Positions 44,208 to 52,982 of a stretch of DNA of 62,953 nt are shown in pieces (positions within the stretch are counted from its first letter, which is position 1; each line of letters opens with the position of its first letter). Origin of the DNA: an uncultured Candidatus Saccharibacteria bacterium (GTDB lineage Bacteria; Patescibacteriota; Saccharimonadia; Saccharimonadales; JACDBH01); assembly GCA_964490245.1 (NCBI GenBank), contig CAZBAF010000007.1, positions 1-62,953 on the forward strand, given 5' to 3'. Made by a program: the position numbers and the translations under genes. The notes below the pieces were generated by a model. That model was not told where the DNA came from and searched no databases. It saw nothing but the letters and a program-made list of their open reading frames with translations.

Positions 44208-44237
44208 AAACCGCCGTTCTCGTAAACGGCGGTTTTC
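44208..44237 (+). terminator. rho-independent terminator/attenuator after rpmE
   Basis: aaaccgccgtt-ctcgta-aacggcggtttt: 11-bp perfect stem plus T-run. Confidence 0.8.
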
Positions 44238-44257
44238 GTTTAAAATAAAGAAACGTC

Positions 44258-45313
44258 ATGGAAGAAAAAGTACAATCTTACCGGGCCGAGCTGTCCGAGA
44301 TCGAATCCAAACTGCAGGATCCGGGTATCTTCAGCACGCCGGATTATCCCCGCCTGGCCAAGCGCCTCAGCGAACTGCAGGAGCTGATCGGCCTCTTTGA
44401 TGAGCTGGAAAAATTAACCGCCCAGGAAAAAGAATCCAAAGAACTGGCAGCCGGTACAGACGAACTGGCCGAGCTGGCCCGCGCCGAGCTGGAAGACCTG
44501 GGGGTAAAAATTGAAAACTGCAGATCGAAAATTGCTGAGTTTTTGACTCCGCGGGATCCCAACGACGAACGCAACGCCATTATAGAAATCCGGGCCGCCG
44601 CCGGCGGTGACGAGTCCAGCCTGTTTGCCGCCGAGCTCTACCGCATGTATGCCCGTTTTTGCGAGACACACCGCCTCAAGGTAGAACTGCTCAGCGAAAG
44701 CCCCTCTGAAGCCGGCGGTTTTAAAGAGATCAGCTTTAAGGTATCCGGCAGCGGCGCTTATGGCTTGCTCAAGTTTGAGGCCGGCGTTCACCGCGTGCAG
44801 CGCGTGCCCGTAACCGAAAGCCAGGGCCGCATCCACACCAGCGCAGCGACCGTGGCAGTCCTGCCAGAAGCAGAAGAATCCGATATCGAGATAAAGGACA
44901 GTGACCTGCGCGTTGATGTATTCCGCAGCGGCGGGCATGGCGGCCAATCAGTCAACACCACTGACTCGGCTGTACGTATTACCCACCTGCCCACCGGCAT
45001 CGTGGTGACCAACCAGGACGAAAAGTCCCAGATAAAGAACAAACTCAAGGCCATGAGCGTGCTGCGCAGCCGCCTGCTGCAGATTAAAATCGACGAAGAA
45101 AATGCCAAACTATCTGCCCAGCGCCAAAAACTTATCGGCAGCGGCGACCGCTCCGAAAAAATCCGCACCTACAACTTCCCTCAGGACCGCATCACCGATC
45201 ACCGCATCGGCTATTCACGCAGCAACATTCCCGCTGCCCTGACCGGCGATATCGACGATTTGATAGAAGAACTCCACAAAGCCGAACATGAACTCTTAGA
45301 CCAAGAGGTCTGA
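44258..45313 (+). CDS. prfA: peptide chain release factor 1
   Basis: PVT tripeptide ([10 protein letters not shown]) and GGQ ([11 protein letters not shown]). TGA stop. Confidence 0.95.
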   Translation: MEEKVQSYRAELSEIESKLQDPGIFSTPDYPRLAKRLSELQELIGLFDELEKLTAQEKESKELAAGTDELAELARAELEDLGVKIENCRSKIAEFLTPRDPNDERNAIIEIRAAAGGDESSLFAAELYRMYARFCETHRLKVELLSESPSEAGGFKEISFKVSGSGAYGLLKFEAGVHRVQRVPVTESQGRIHTSAATVAVLPEAEESDIEIKDSDLRVDVFRSGGHGGQSVNTTDSAVRITHLPTGIVVTNQDEKSQIKNKLKAMSVLRSRLLQIKIDEENAKLSAQRQKLIGSGDRSEKIRTYNFPQDRITDHRIGYSRSNIPAALTGDIDDLIEELHKAEHELLDQEV

Positions 45314-45669
45314 TGAGCTTCCCGCCCCTTCATATCATTGCAGGCCAGGTGGAGTTCCCGCTGTGGTTTTTGATTATGATGGGGCTTTTCATGATCGTCT
45401 TTGTAGGGGTAAGCGGTACTCTTTTGTTTGCACCGCCCATCATCCTTGCATTGCGCCTCAGAGCCATCAAGCCACAGAGCTCCCGCGGCATCTTATGGTT
45501 TCTTGGTGCTGTCAATTGCGTACTCGCGATCATTTTGGTCTACGGGGCTATAATCAACTTACAGCGCAGCGTTGCATTCCTGACAGGTTTTGATTTTACG
45601 ATGCAGCTTGCGGTTATTATCGATATCATAGCGTTGTTTTATTTTTTGGCAGCGAGAACAAAGAGTTGA
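45313..45669 (+). CDS. small integral membrane protein (hypothetical)
   Basis: 118 aa, 4 hydrophobic helices. Start overlaps the prfA stop (TGATG). Lies between prfA and prmC. Confidence 0.5.
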   Translation: MSFPPLHIIAGQVEFPLWFLIMMGLFMIVFVGVSGTLLFAPPIILALRLRAIKPQSSRGILWFLGAVNCVLAIILVYGAIINLQRSVAFLTGFDFTMQLAVIIDIIALFYFLAARTKS

Positions 45670-45670
45670 T

Positions 45671-46543
45671 ATGCAGATCGCTGAATGGATAAAGGCAAAG
45701 ATTGCAGCGTTAGAAGCAGCCGACATTGCAACCGCGCGGCTGGATGCTTTGGTTTTGCTTGAGGATGCTACGGGCCAGGACCGCGCCTGGATACTGGCGC
45801 ATCCTGATTTTGAGCTTGAACCCGAGACCCTTAAGCAGCTTGACACGCAGATTGAGCGGCGGGCCGGACACGAGCCGCTAGCCTACATCCGCGGCAAAAG
45901 CGAGTTTTACGGCCGTGAATTTATAGTCACCCCCGCCACCCTGCAGCCCCGCCCCGAGACAGAGACGATGCTGGCTTTGCTGAAGCAAATCCTGGAGAGA
46001 GAACAAAGGCAAGAGGAAGAAACATTACTTGTAGATGTAGGCACCGGTTCCGGATGTGTGGCCGTTACAGCTAAGCTGGAATGGCCGAATGCGGCAGTAC
46101 ACGCGACAGAAATTAACGAAAACGCGTTGGAAATTGCCCGACAAAACGCTCATAAGCTCGGCGCCGCAGTCGAGTTCCATCAGGGCAACTTACTGGAGCC
46201 CCTCCTCACTCCCCACTCCCCTCTCCTCTCTCCTTCCCTTGTAATCCTTGCCAACCTGCCCTATGTACCCGACAGCCACACCATCAACCCGGCCGCCATG
46301 CAGGAGCCGCGGCTGGCAATCTTCGGCGGCGAGGACGGGCTGGATCTCTACCGCGAGCTGTTTAAGCAGCTGCAGGCCTGGGAGCAAAAGACAAAGCCGA
46401 CAGAGAACAGCCGACCGCAGTACATACTGACCGAAAGTCTGCCCTTTCAACATCAGACGCTAAGCGCTATTGCCCGGCAGGCCGGCTACAAACTGCAGCA
46501 GACTGACGATCTTATCCAGGTTTTTGCCCGTGAGCCCCGCTAA
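45671..46543 (+). CDS. prmC: release-factor glutamine N5-methyltransferase
   Basis: Follows prfA. Motif I VDVGTGSGCVA, catalytic NLPYVP (NPPY variant). Confidence 0.85.
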   Translation: MQIAEWIKAKIAALEAADIATARLDALVLLEDATGQDRAWILAHPDFELEPETLKQLDTQIERRAGHEPLAYIRGKSEFYGREFIVTPATLQPRPETETMLALLKQILEREQRQEEETLLVDVGTGSGCVAVTAKLEWPNAAVHATEINENALEIARQNAHKLGAAVEFHQGNLLEPLLTPHSPLLSPSLVILANLPYVPDSHTINPAAMQEPRLAIFGGEDGLDLYRELFKQLQAWEQKTKPTENSRPQYILTESLPFQHQTLSAIARQAGYKLQQTDDLIQVFAREPR

Positions 46544-46625
46544 GTCTACCCCTGTTAGCACATCAACATATTGTCATGGTTTGTTGTAAGCAGACTACTT
46601 CAAAAAAACGCTCCGCCAGCCTGCC

Positions 46626-47843
46626 TTAGCTTTCCGGCGCTGCCTCCAGACGGACCTTGAGCTTGATCTCGTCACCGCCGCGGATGACCGTCAACTCTAC
46701 CTCGTCACCGACCCCAAACCGGCCGAGCACCGATACCAGACTGTTCTTCTCATCGATCTTTACCCCGTTGATGGCGGTAATAATATCTTTTTCGCGCAAT
46801 CCGGCCCGGTCGGCAGGACTGCCGCTGATAATAGACGGCTGGCCGTTCTGATTGGGTGCGATGTAGGCCCCACGCTTGGTATCAAGATTGTAAAAATAGG
46901 CCGCATCATCCGTCAGCGATATGTAGCGGACGCCAAGATAAGGACGCTCAAGCCTGCCGTTCTTGCGCACGCTGGCAATCAGACCCTTGACATCGTTGAT
47001 AGGAATGGCAAAACCGATATTCTGAGCGTCCGCAACAGCAACATTGACACCAATGACCTCACCGCTGAGGTTCATAAGCGGCCCGCCGGAATTGCCCGGA
47101 TTGATTGCCGCATCGGTCTGGAACAGATTAGTCAGACTTTCTATACTCGAGCCCGAGCGCGCCCGTACGTCACGGCCATAACCGGACAGGATACCGCTGG
47201 TTACCGTATTGTCGAATTGTCCCAGGGCATTACCGATTGCGATCACCCGGTCCCCCACCTCCAGTTCAGACGAATCGCCTATCTGGGCTACTGTTAATTT
47301 TTGGCCTTTGGTGTCCTTGATCCTTAAGAATGCGATATCGAGCGGGTCACTGTCAGCAGTTCGGCCAATCACCTCTACGTCGTCGAGCTGTGTGCCGTCA
47401 TAGAGCGTAATGCTGACTTTTGAAGTGCCGCGCGGCACCACATGACGGTTCGTAATCACCACGCCGTCATCACTGATAATAAAGCCGGTGCCGGCCCCCT
47501 CGCTCTCGAACTGCTGCAGCCCAAAAAAACCCTGACCGACTGTTTGCGAAGTAACGCTGATAGATACGACACTGGGGCCAACCTGCTTGGTAATCTCGCT
47601 GATGAGCTCGCTTTCGCTGCTGACGATACGCTGACGGGCTTCGCTGGTTGTCATACTGCCGGCGGTTTCTCCGCCTGCCTGCTGGCCAAGATAACCGCCG
47701 CCAAACCCGGCTGTTGCCGCCACCAGAACAAGCAACCCGGTCCGCGCCAGCCCGGCGCGCTGCTCATGTCTGCCGGCGGGCTTCACGGATTTTATGGCGC
47801 CTGGTTTATAAACTTCTGCAGTCCTGTCTGCTTGTTCGGTCAT
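46626..47843 (-). CDS. htrA: HtrA/DegP-family serine protease with PDZ
   Basis: TM anchor, GTGFIISDDGVVITNRHV, DIAFLRI, GNSGGPLMN, C-terminal PDZ. Confidence 0.9.
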   Translation of the reverse strand: MTEQADRTAEVYKPGAIKSVKPAGRHEQRAGLARTGLLVLVAATAGFGGGYLGQQAGGETAGSMTTSEARQRIVSSESELISEITKQVGPSVVSISVTSQTVGQGFFGLQQFESEGAGTGFIISDDGVVITNRHVVPRGTSKVSITLYDGTQLDDVEVIGRTADSDPLDIAFLRIKDTKGQKLTVAQIGDSSELEVGDRVIAIGNALGQFDNTVTSGILSGYGRDVRARSGSSIESLTNLFQTDAAINPGNSGGPLMNLSGEVIGVNVAVADAQNIGFAIPINDVKGLIASVRKNGRLERPYLGVRYISLTDDAAYFYNLDTKRGAYIAPNQNGQPSIISGSPADRAGLREKDIITAINGVKIDEKNSLVSVLGRFGVGDEVELTVIRGGDEIKLKVRLEAAPES

Positions 47844-47915
47844 GGCTCTACCCTCAATAATCAGTTACTAATTGTCTTCCTGCGCCACTATACAGGTGCG
47901 TTGCTGAGAACAGCC

Positions 47916-48665
47916 TTAAACGGCCTTATCCCCCCAGTCTGAGAAAAGAATAATAACCAGTATAACAGCACTCATGATCAGCAGCACCTCCCGCCGCACC
48001 AGTGACGAAAGCCGGTCGTTATTTTCCAGATAATACAGCGTCGCCGCACCATAGGCGATAATTGACGAAAACAGCACCGGCTGAGCCAAAAATCCGTAAT
48101 AAAGCAGCCAGTGGCCCAAAACCCATGCCAGCGCACCGCCAAAATAGCCCCACACGTGCGACAGCATCGGCGTAAGCGGCTCATCAAAACTACTGAAGAA
48201 GTGCCGGGCGGACAAATAGCAGATCGCCCACGATGCGATGACCAGAACGAGCAAAGATGAACGGCCCCAGATCATATAGAGAGCCGTCAAGCCCAGGAAC
48301 TGCCCCAGGCCCGCCTGCAGTGTGGTCCAGAACACTTTTGAGCGGGGCTTTATAGCCAGCAGCCAGACCTCGTAACACAGCGCCCAGACCAGCTGCCACG
48401 CCTGGGTTGGAGCCTGTGCCATAAAGACCACGAACGAAAGTCCGACAATAATATCGATAGCATTGGCCCGGATACTGGCGGGCCAGTGACGCGGACGCAC
48501 CGCCAGCATGCGCCATTTGCTAAGTAAAACTACCGCATAGGCCGCCTGCACCAAAGATGCCCGCACGAACACAAAAGCCAGCACCGGCACAACCGCTACT
48601 AAGGCCCGGTGGATAATTTGGCTAAACCCGCTGGCGGGCTTAATCCTGGCTACTGCTCGTCTCAT
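47916..48665 (-). CDS. polytopic membrane protein (hypothetical)
   Basis: 249 aa, about 7 TM. Overlaps the 3' end of the LCP gene by 26 nt. Confidence 0.5.
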   Translation of the reverse strand: MRRAVARIKPASGFSQIIHRALVAVVPVLAFVFVRASLVQAAYAVVLLSKWRMLAVRPRHWPASIRANAIDIIVGLSFVVFMAQAPTQAWQLVWALCYEVWLLAIKPRSKVFWTTLQAGLGQFLGLTALYMIWGRSSLLVLVIASWAICYLSARHFFSSFDEPLTPMLSHVWGYFGGALAWVLGHWLLYYGFLAQPVLFSSIIAYGAATLYYLENNDRLSSLVRREVLLIMSAVILVIILFSDWGDKAV

Positions 48666-50451
48666 TGCTGCCTAATATAATAACAAAATCGGCGTCAGAA
48701 GTATTGATTGAGCTGTCAGGCAGGGACCCGACCGCCTTAACACCCAGCCGTTTTTCGAGATAGTTCAGCGTGTATTTGTTCTTGCCGCCCCTTAGGTCAA
48801 CCAGTACCGTACTGGTGTAGGTTTTGGTCGGGGCATCGCCCACAGAAACAATGTTATAGCCAAATGACTTCAGCTCCGTACTCTTTCTGGTCGCCAGCCC
48901 GGCTGTCTCGGTACCGTTAAGCACTGCTATTTTGGCATCCTCCTGCTTTAGGAAGGCGTCTCTCATAATATTGCGCGTGTAGTTTTGAATCTCTGAAAAA
49001 TCATTCCAGCCCGCTTTTGGCACCTGGATGGAAAGTGCCCGGCCGGACACGGTTGTACTATCGCCCTTCACCAGATCGTCCAATCCTGCCGAAGCGACTT
49101 TATCGCCGGGTATTTCTTTGGCAAGATCGTACAGCCGGAGGATTTCGTTGATGCTGAAGTCTGTTGTGACGTGGTGACCAAAGTCACCAAGCAACTGATT
49201 AAGCTTGATTGGATTAGCGAGCGTACCCAGACTTAACACCTTTTCCTTCAGGGCAAGAATAACTTCGCGCTGACGCTCGGCGCGGCCAAAATCGGTACCG
49301 TTGGTGCCCATACGCGAGCGGGCGTACATCAACGCCCGGTGGCCGTCAAAGCTCTGCCACCCCTTGCCCGCAATGGTTGCCCTGCCGCCGTTCAGCCAAG
49401 CCATCGTGCCGTCTATAAGAGGTTCTTTGACGTCAATATCTATACCGCCCACCGTATCAATCGCCTTTCTGAAACCGGTGAAATCAATCATCGCATAATA
49501 GTGGATGGGCACGCCCAGTGAGGTAGTTAAAGTAGATTTAATGGCATCAATACCGGTTTTTTCGGCTTTTTGTGTGGCCTCGTTGCTTGTGCGCTGCTGG
49601 AACGGATAATCGTTTAGGGCTGCCGATTTGGCGTTGACGTACACTTCATTAATTTTTGACTGGTACCCGCTTGGCGACTTGACCCACAAATCACGCGGGA
49701 TGCTAAGCAATGCCGCCTCTTTTGCAATCGGATCAATACTTGCCACAATCAAGGTATCGGTCAGCTCTGGCCCGTCCCGCTGCTCTTCACCACCCTTACC
49801 GAGGATCAGCACATTGACGCGGCCGTCGCCTTCGCCTTTGAGCAGCGATGGATCGACATTCTGATTATTGAGGATAGCCGAACTGCCGCCGCCCTTGAAG
49901 ATACCCCGGCTGATCAGATATGCCCTCAGCGCCAATCCGCCCCCCAGCAGCAATATACAAACCCCGGCTATGGCGCTTATTCTGAGTTTCATGTTCGTCT
50001 TGGTGCGCTTTTTGGATTGTCCGGCCTTACGCTTTTTCAGTTTGAAAAGCCGGCGTTTCTTACCGGCACCAGCCGCACCGGCCTGCAGCCCGGGCCTTCT
50101 AAGGCCCGGCGACTCCAGCGCCGGCGCCGAAAAAGCCCTGGTCAGTTCCGAGCCGGGCGCCTGTTTAACATCACTAAAACCGATCTTTGTGGCAGTCACT
50201 TCCTTGAAGCCGTCTTTCATGCCCCGGCCAAAGGTATCGACTCTTCTTACCTCACCCGGCACACTGCCTGTTTTGGCCTGCTTGAACTCTTCGGTAAAAG
50301 GTTTACCACTTGGGCCATAGCCTGGGCGCGCCGGCCGGTAATACTGATCAAACGCCCGAAGATTGCCGGCCTTTGGAGCGGCAGGCTTTCTTCTGGTTAT
50401 AAAGCCGTCGATAGAACCGCCGGTATTTCTGGGTTTGCGAAAATTATCCAT
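48640..50451 (-). CDS. LytR-CpsA-Psr (LCP) family cell-wall glycopolymer transferase
   Basis: 603 aa. Basic disordered N-terminus, TM, LCP core (VNVLILGKGG ... TDTLIVASIDP ... LLSIPRDLWV), C-terminal LytR_C-like domain. Confidence 0.85.
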   Translation of the reverse strand: MDNFRKPRNTGGSIDGFITRRKPAAPKAGNLRAFDQYYRPARPGYGPSGKPFTEEFKQAKTGSVPGEVRRVDTFGRGMKDGFKEVTATKIGFSDVKQAPGSELTRAFSAPALESPGLRRPGLQAGAAGAGKKRRLFKLKKRKAGQSKKRTKTNMKLRISAIAGVCILLLGGGLALRAYLISRGIFKGGGSSAILNNQNVDPSLLKGEGDGRVNVLILGKGGEEQRDGPELTDTLIVASIDPIAKEAALLSIPRDLWVKSPSGYQSKINEVYVNAKSAALNDYPFQQRTSNEATQKAEKTGIDAIKSTLTTSLGVPIHYYAMIDFTGFRKAIDTVGGIDIDVKEPLIDGTMAWLNGGRATIAGKGWQSFDGHRALMYARSRMGTNGTDFGRAERQREVILALKEKVLSLGTLANPIKLNQLLGDFGHHVTTDFSINEILRLYDLAKEIPGDKVASAGLDDLVKGDSTTVSGRALSIQVPKAGWNDFSEIQNYTRNIMRDAFLKQEDAKIAVLNGTETAGLATRKSTELKSFGYNIVSVGDAPTKTYTSTVLVDLRGGKNKYTLNYLEKRLGVKAVGSLPDSSINTSDADFVIILGSNETSSSQD

Positions 50452-50543
50452 AATACGTAACCGACTTAGTATAGCTGCAATTGACCCGCCGGTAAACCGA
50501 CTTAAAGCGAAAAGTTTAGTTAGCGCTCATGGCTGCTTTACGC

Positions 50544-50549
50544 TATAGT
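50544..50549 (+). promoter_or_regulatory. -10 box TATAGT 10 nt before the lepB ATG
   Basis: cgcTATAGTttagtggcatATG. Confidence 0.4.
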
Positions 50550-50559
50550 TTAGTGGCAT

Positions 50560-51252
50560 ATGGAACATAATCCGCCAGGCCAGCCTGCGAGTCCTTCGCC
50601 TTATCCGCCGCGCCAGCCTTTTCAGCCGCATCTGCCGGACGATCCGCCTCCCAGCCCCTATAAGGAACGGTACCGGAGAGAAGGCATCAAAAGTATCCTC
50701 ACAACGATACTTATCCTTCTGATTGCGCCAATTCTGGCCCTGACCATCACGGCCTTTGTCTTTCAATCGTACGAGGTTGACGGCCCCAGCATGGAGCCCA
50801 CCCTCAAAACTCATGATCGTCTGATCATATGGAAGGCCGGTCGCAGCTGGTCGCGCCTCAGCCGCAGCGAATACATACCTGAGCGCGGCAGCATCGTGGT
50901 TTTTGTGAAGCATGACATGTACGACACGATATCCAGAAAAGATAAACAGCTAATCAAGCGCCTTATCGGCCTGCCCGGTGACCGGGTCGTGGTTAAGGAC
51001 GGCAAGATTACTGTTTATAACGACGAGAACCCGAATGGATTTGATCCGGATAGTACGCTTGGATACGGGCCGGTTAAAACACCAACCGAGGGCAATGTTG
51101 ATATAACGGTTGACCAGGGCGAGGTGTTTGTCGTGGGTGACAATCGGCCCAACTCGCTTGATTCGCGGAATTTTGGGACGGTACCGGTTAAAGATATTGT
51201 CGGCACACTGAGTGCGCGCATTCTGCCTTTGAGCCAGGCGCAGAAATTTTAG
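50560..51252 (+). CDS. lepB: signal peptidase I
   Basis: GPSMEPTL (Ser box), KRLIGLPGD (Lys box), GDNRPNSLDSR. Confidence 0.9.
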   Translation: MEHNPPGQPASPSPYPPRQPFQPHLPDDPPPSPYKERYRREGIKSILTTILILLIAPILALTITAFVFQSYEVDGPSMEPTLKTHDRLIIWKAGRSWSRLSRSEYIPERGSIVVFVKHDMYDTISRKDKQLIKRLIGLPGDRVVVKDGKITVYNDENPNGFDPDSTLGYGPVKTPTEGNVDITVDQGEVFVVGDNRPNSLDSRNFGTVPVKDIVGTLSARILPLSQAQKF

Positions 51253-51291
51253 ATACCCGTCCGGTCGTCTGCAGCCGGCTGGCCCGGAGGG

Positions 51292-52167
51292 TTAACTTTT
51301 GACAGAGCTCAAAAGATTGATCAGCTCATCAAGGTCGTCATCGGTCTTAAATCGGATAACCAACCGCCCGCCCTTTGCCATGTGATTAACGCTGACCGGC
51401 CGGCCCAGCAGTTTGGTAAGCTTTTTTGTCTCGGGCGTTGTGGAGGCCGTTCTCTTTTTGGCACCTTCACTGGTTTTGGCGCCCTGCTTAGCCGCCACTA
51501 CAAACTGCTCGGCCTGGCGCACCGACCAGCCGTTCTTCAGTATCAGCGACAAAAGCTCTTCCTGGCGCTTAGGGTACTCTTTTAGAGCCAGAATCGACCG
51601 CGCATGTCCCTCGGTTATCTGTCCGGCATGCAGCGCCTCGCGGGCACCGGACGGCAGCTGCAGCAGGCGCACCAGATTAACAATTGTCGACGGCGCTTTA
51701 TTAAGACGTTTGGCAATCTGCTCAAAACTGATTCCAAACAGCTCGTGCAGTCTGTTTATAGATGCCGCCTGTTCCAGCGGAGCTAGATCAACCCGCTGGA
51801 TATTCTCAACTAATGCCATCTCAAGATGTTCCAGCTCTTTCACGGTTCGCACCATAGCCGGAATACGCTCCTTGTTGGCGAGCTTGCTGGCACGCCAGCG
51901 CCTCTCGCCGGCAATAATGACAAATTTGTCATCCTTTCGGACCACAAGGATTGGCTGCAGCACACCGAACTGTTTTATTGAGTCCGCCATTTCCTGCAGC
52001 GCCTGTTCGTCGAATGTTCGCCTGGGCTGTTCGGGATTGGGTATAATTTCAGAAATGAGCAAATTTTGTACTCGGTCTTTGTTCTCGTTTAGTACAGCGA
52101 TCTCCAAGCCTTGCGGCATGAGAGCATCAAAGCCCTTGCCGAGCCCTCGTGATTGTTTAGCCGACAC
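51292..52167 (-). CDS. parB: chromosome partitioning protein ParB
   Basis: GLGKGFDAL, PNPEQPRR, GERRWRAS, HTH region. Confidence 0.9.
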   Translation of the reverse strand: MSAKQSRGLGKGFDALMPQGLEIAVLNENKDRVQNLLISEIIPNPEQPRRTFDEQALQEMADSIKQFGVLQPILVVRKDDKFVIIAGERRWRASKLANKERIPAMVRTVKELEHLEMALVENIQRVDLAPLEQAASINRLHELFGISFEQIAKRLNKAPSTIVNLVRLLQLPSGAREALHAGQITEGHARSILALKEYPKRQEELLSLILKNGWSVRQAEQFVVAAKQGAKTSEGAKKRTASTTPETKKLTKLLGRPVSVNHMAKGGRLVIRFKTDDDLDELINLLSSVKS

Positions 52168-52912
52168 GGGTAATTACCTCCTTTGCCAAACTTTTATATG
52201 CCCTGGCCCCCTTTGACCACTTATCGTGTTCGCCAATCGGCCGGCCATAGCTGGGCGCCTCAGCCAGGCGGACATTACGCGGGATAATGGTTGCAAACAG
52301 CTTGTCACCGAAATGCTTCTGCAGCTCTGCCTTTACCTGCTCTGATAAACTGTTTCGGGAATCATACATTGTAAGAACGACACCAAGTATCGTAAGATCT
52401 GGGTTAATTGCCTCCTGCACCCGTTGCACGACACTGAGTAACTGACTTAACCCTTCGAGTGCATAGTACTCATTTTGTACGGGTATAAGAACAAAATCCG
52501 AAGCAGCCAGTGCATTAATGGTCAGCAGCCCGAGCGAGGGCGGACAATCAATCAGAATAAAATCATGCGTAAACTGGTCCAATACCCGCTTGAGCTGCAA
52601 CTCACGCTGCAGCGTGCCAACCAGCTGAACCTCTGCCCCGGCAAGATTGGCATTTGCAGGCAATACCTGCAAATTTTTAAACTCGGTATCAACCACAATA
52701 TTTGGAGCCACTTCAGCAGAAAAAAGCGCATCATACATGGTCTCGCCTAAAGCGTTTTTATCAATGCCCAGTCCGCTCGTCGCATTCCCCTGTGGATCAA
52801 GGTCAGCTATAAGAACGGTCTTACCCGCTTTACCAAGATAACTACCCAGATTAACGGCAGTAGTTGTCTTGCCGACTCCGCCCTTCTGATTCAAAACCGC
52901 AATTTTGGCCAA
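52157..52912 (-). CDS. parA: chromosome partitioning ATPase ParA/Soj
   Basis: Deviant Walker A NQKGGVGKTT. TTG start with GAGAGGG upstream. Confidence 0.9.
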   Translation of the reverse strand: MAKIAVLNQKGGVGKTTTAVNLGSYLGKAGKTVLIADLDPQGNATSGLGIDKNALGETMYDALFSAEVAPNIVVDTEFKNLQVLPANANLAGAEVQLVGTLQRELQLKRVLDQFTHDFILIDCPPSLGLLTINALAASDFVLIPVQNEYYALEGLSQLLSVVQRVQEAINPDLTILGVVLTMYDSRNSLSEQVKAELQKHFGDKLFATIIPRNVRLAEAPSYGRPIGEHDKWSKGARAYKSLAKEVITRVG

Positions 52913-52982
52913 GTTATTTATCCCTCTCTTTCGCTATATAGAGATTACCACTGTTTATAACTGTGGTAAATGCCCGCCCCGA

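Noticed and set aside
51253-52982. parS site (tGTTTCACGTGAAACa) near parAB, and the hairpin ttaccac-N11-gtggtaa at 52947-52971.
   Set aside because: No 16-mer close to the parS consensus was found by eye in or around parAB. The hairpin has no similarity to parS and is more simply a terminator for the GDPD gene. A computational scan is needed for certainty.
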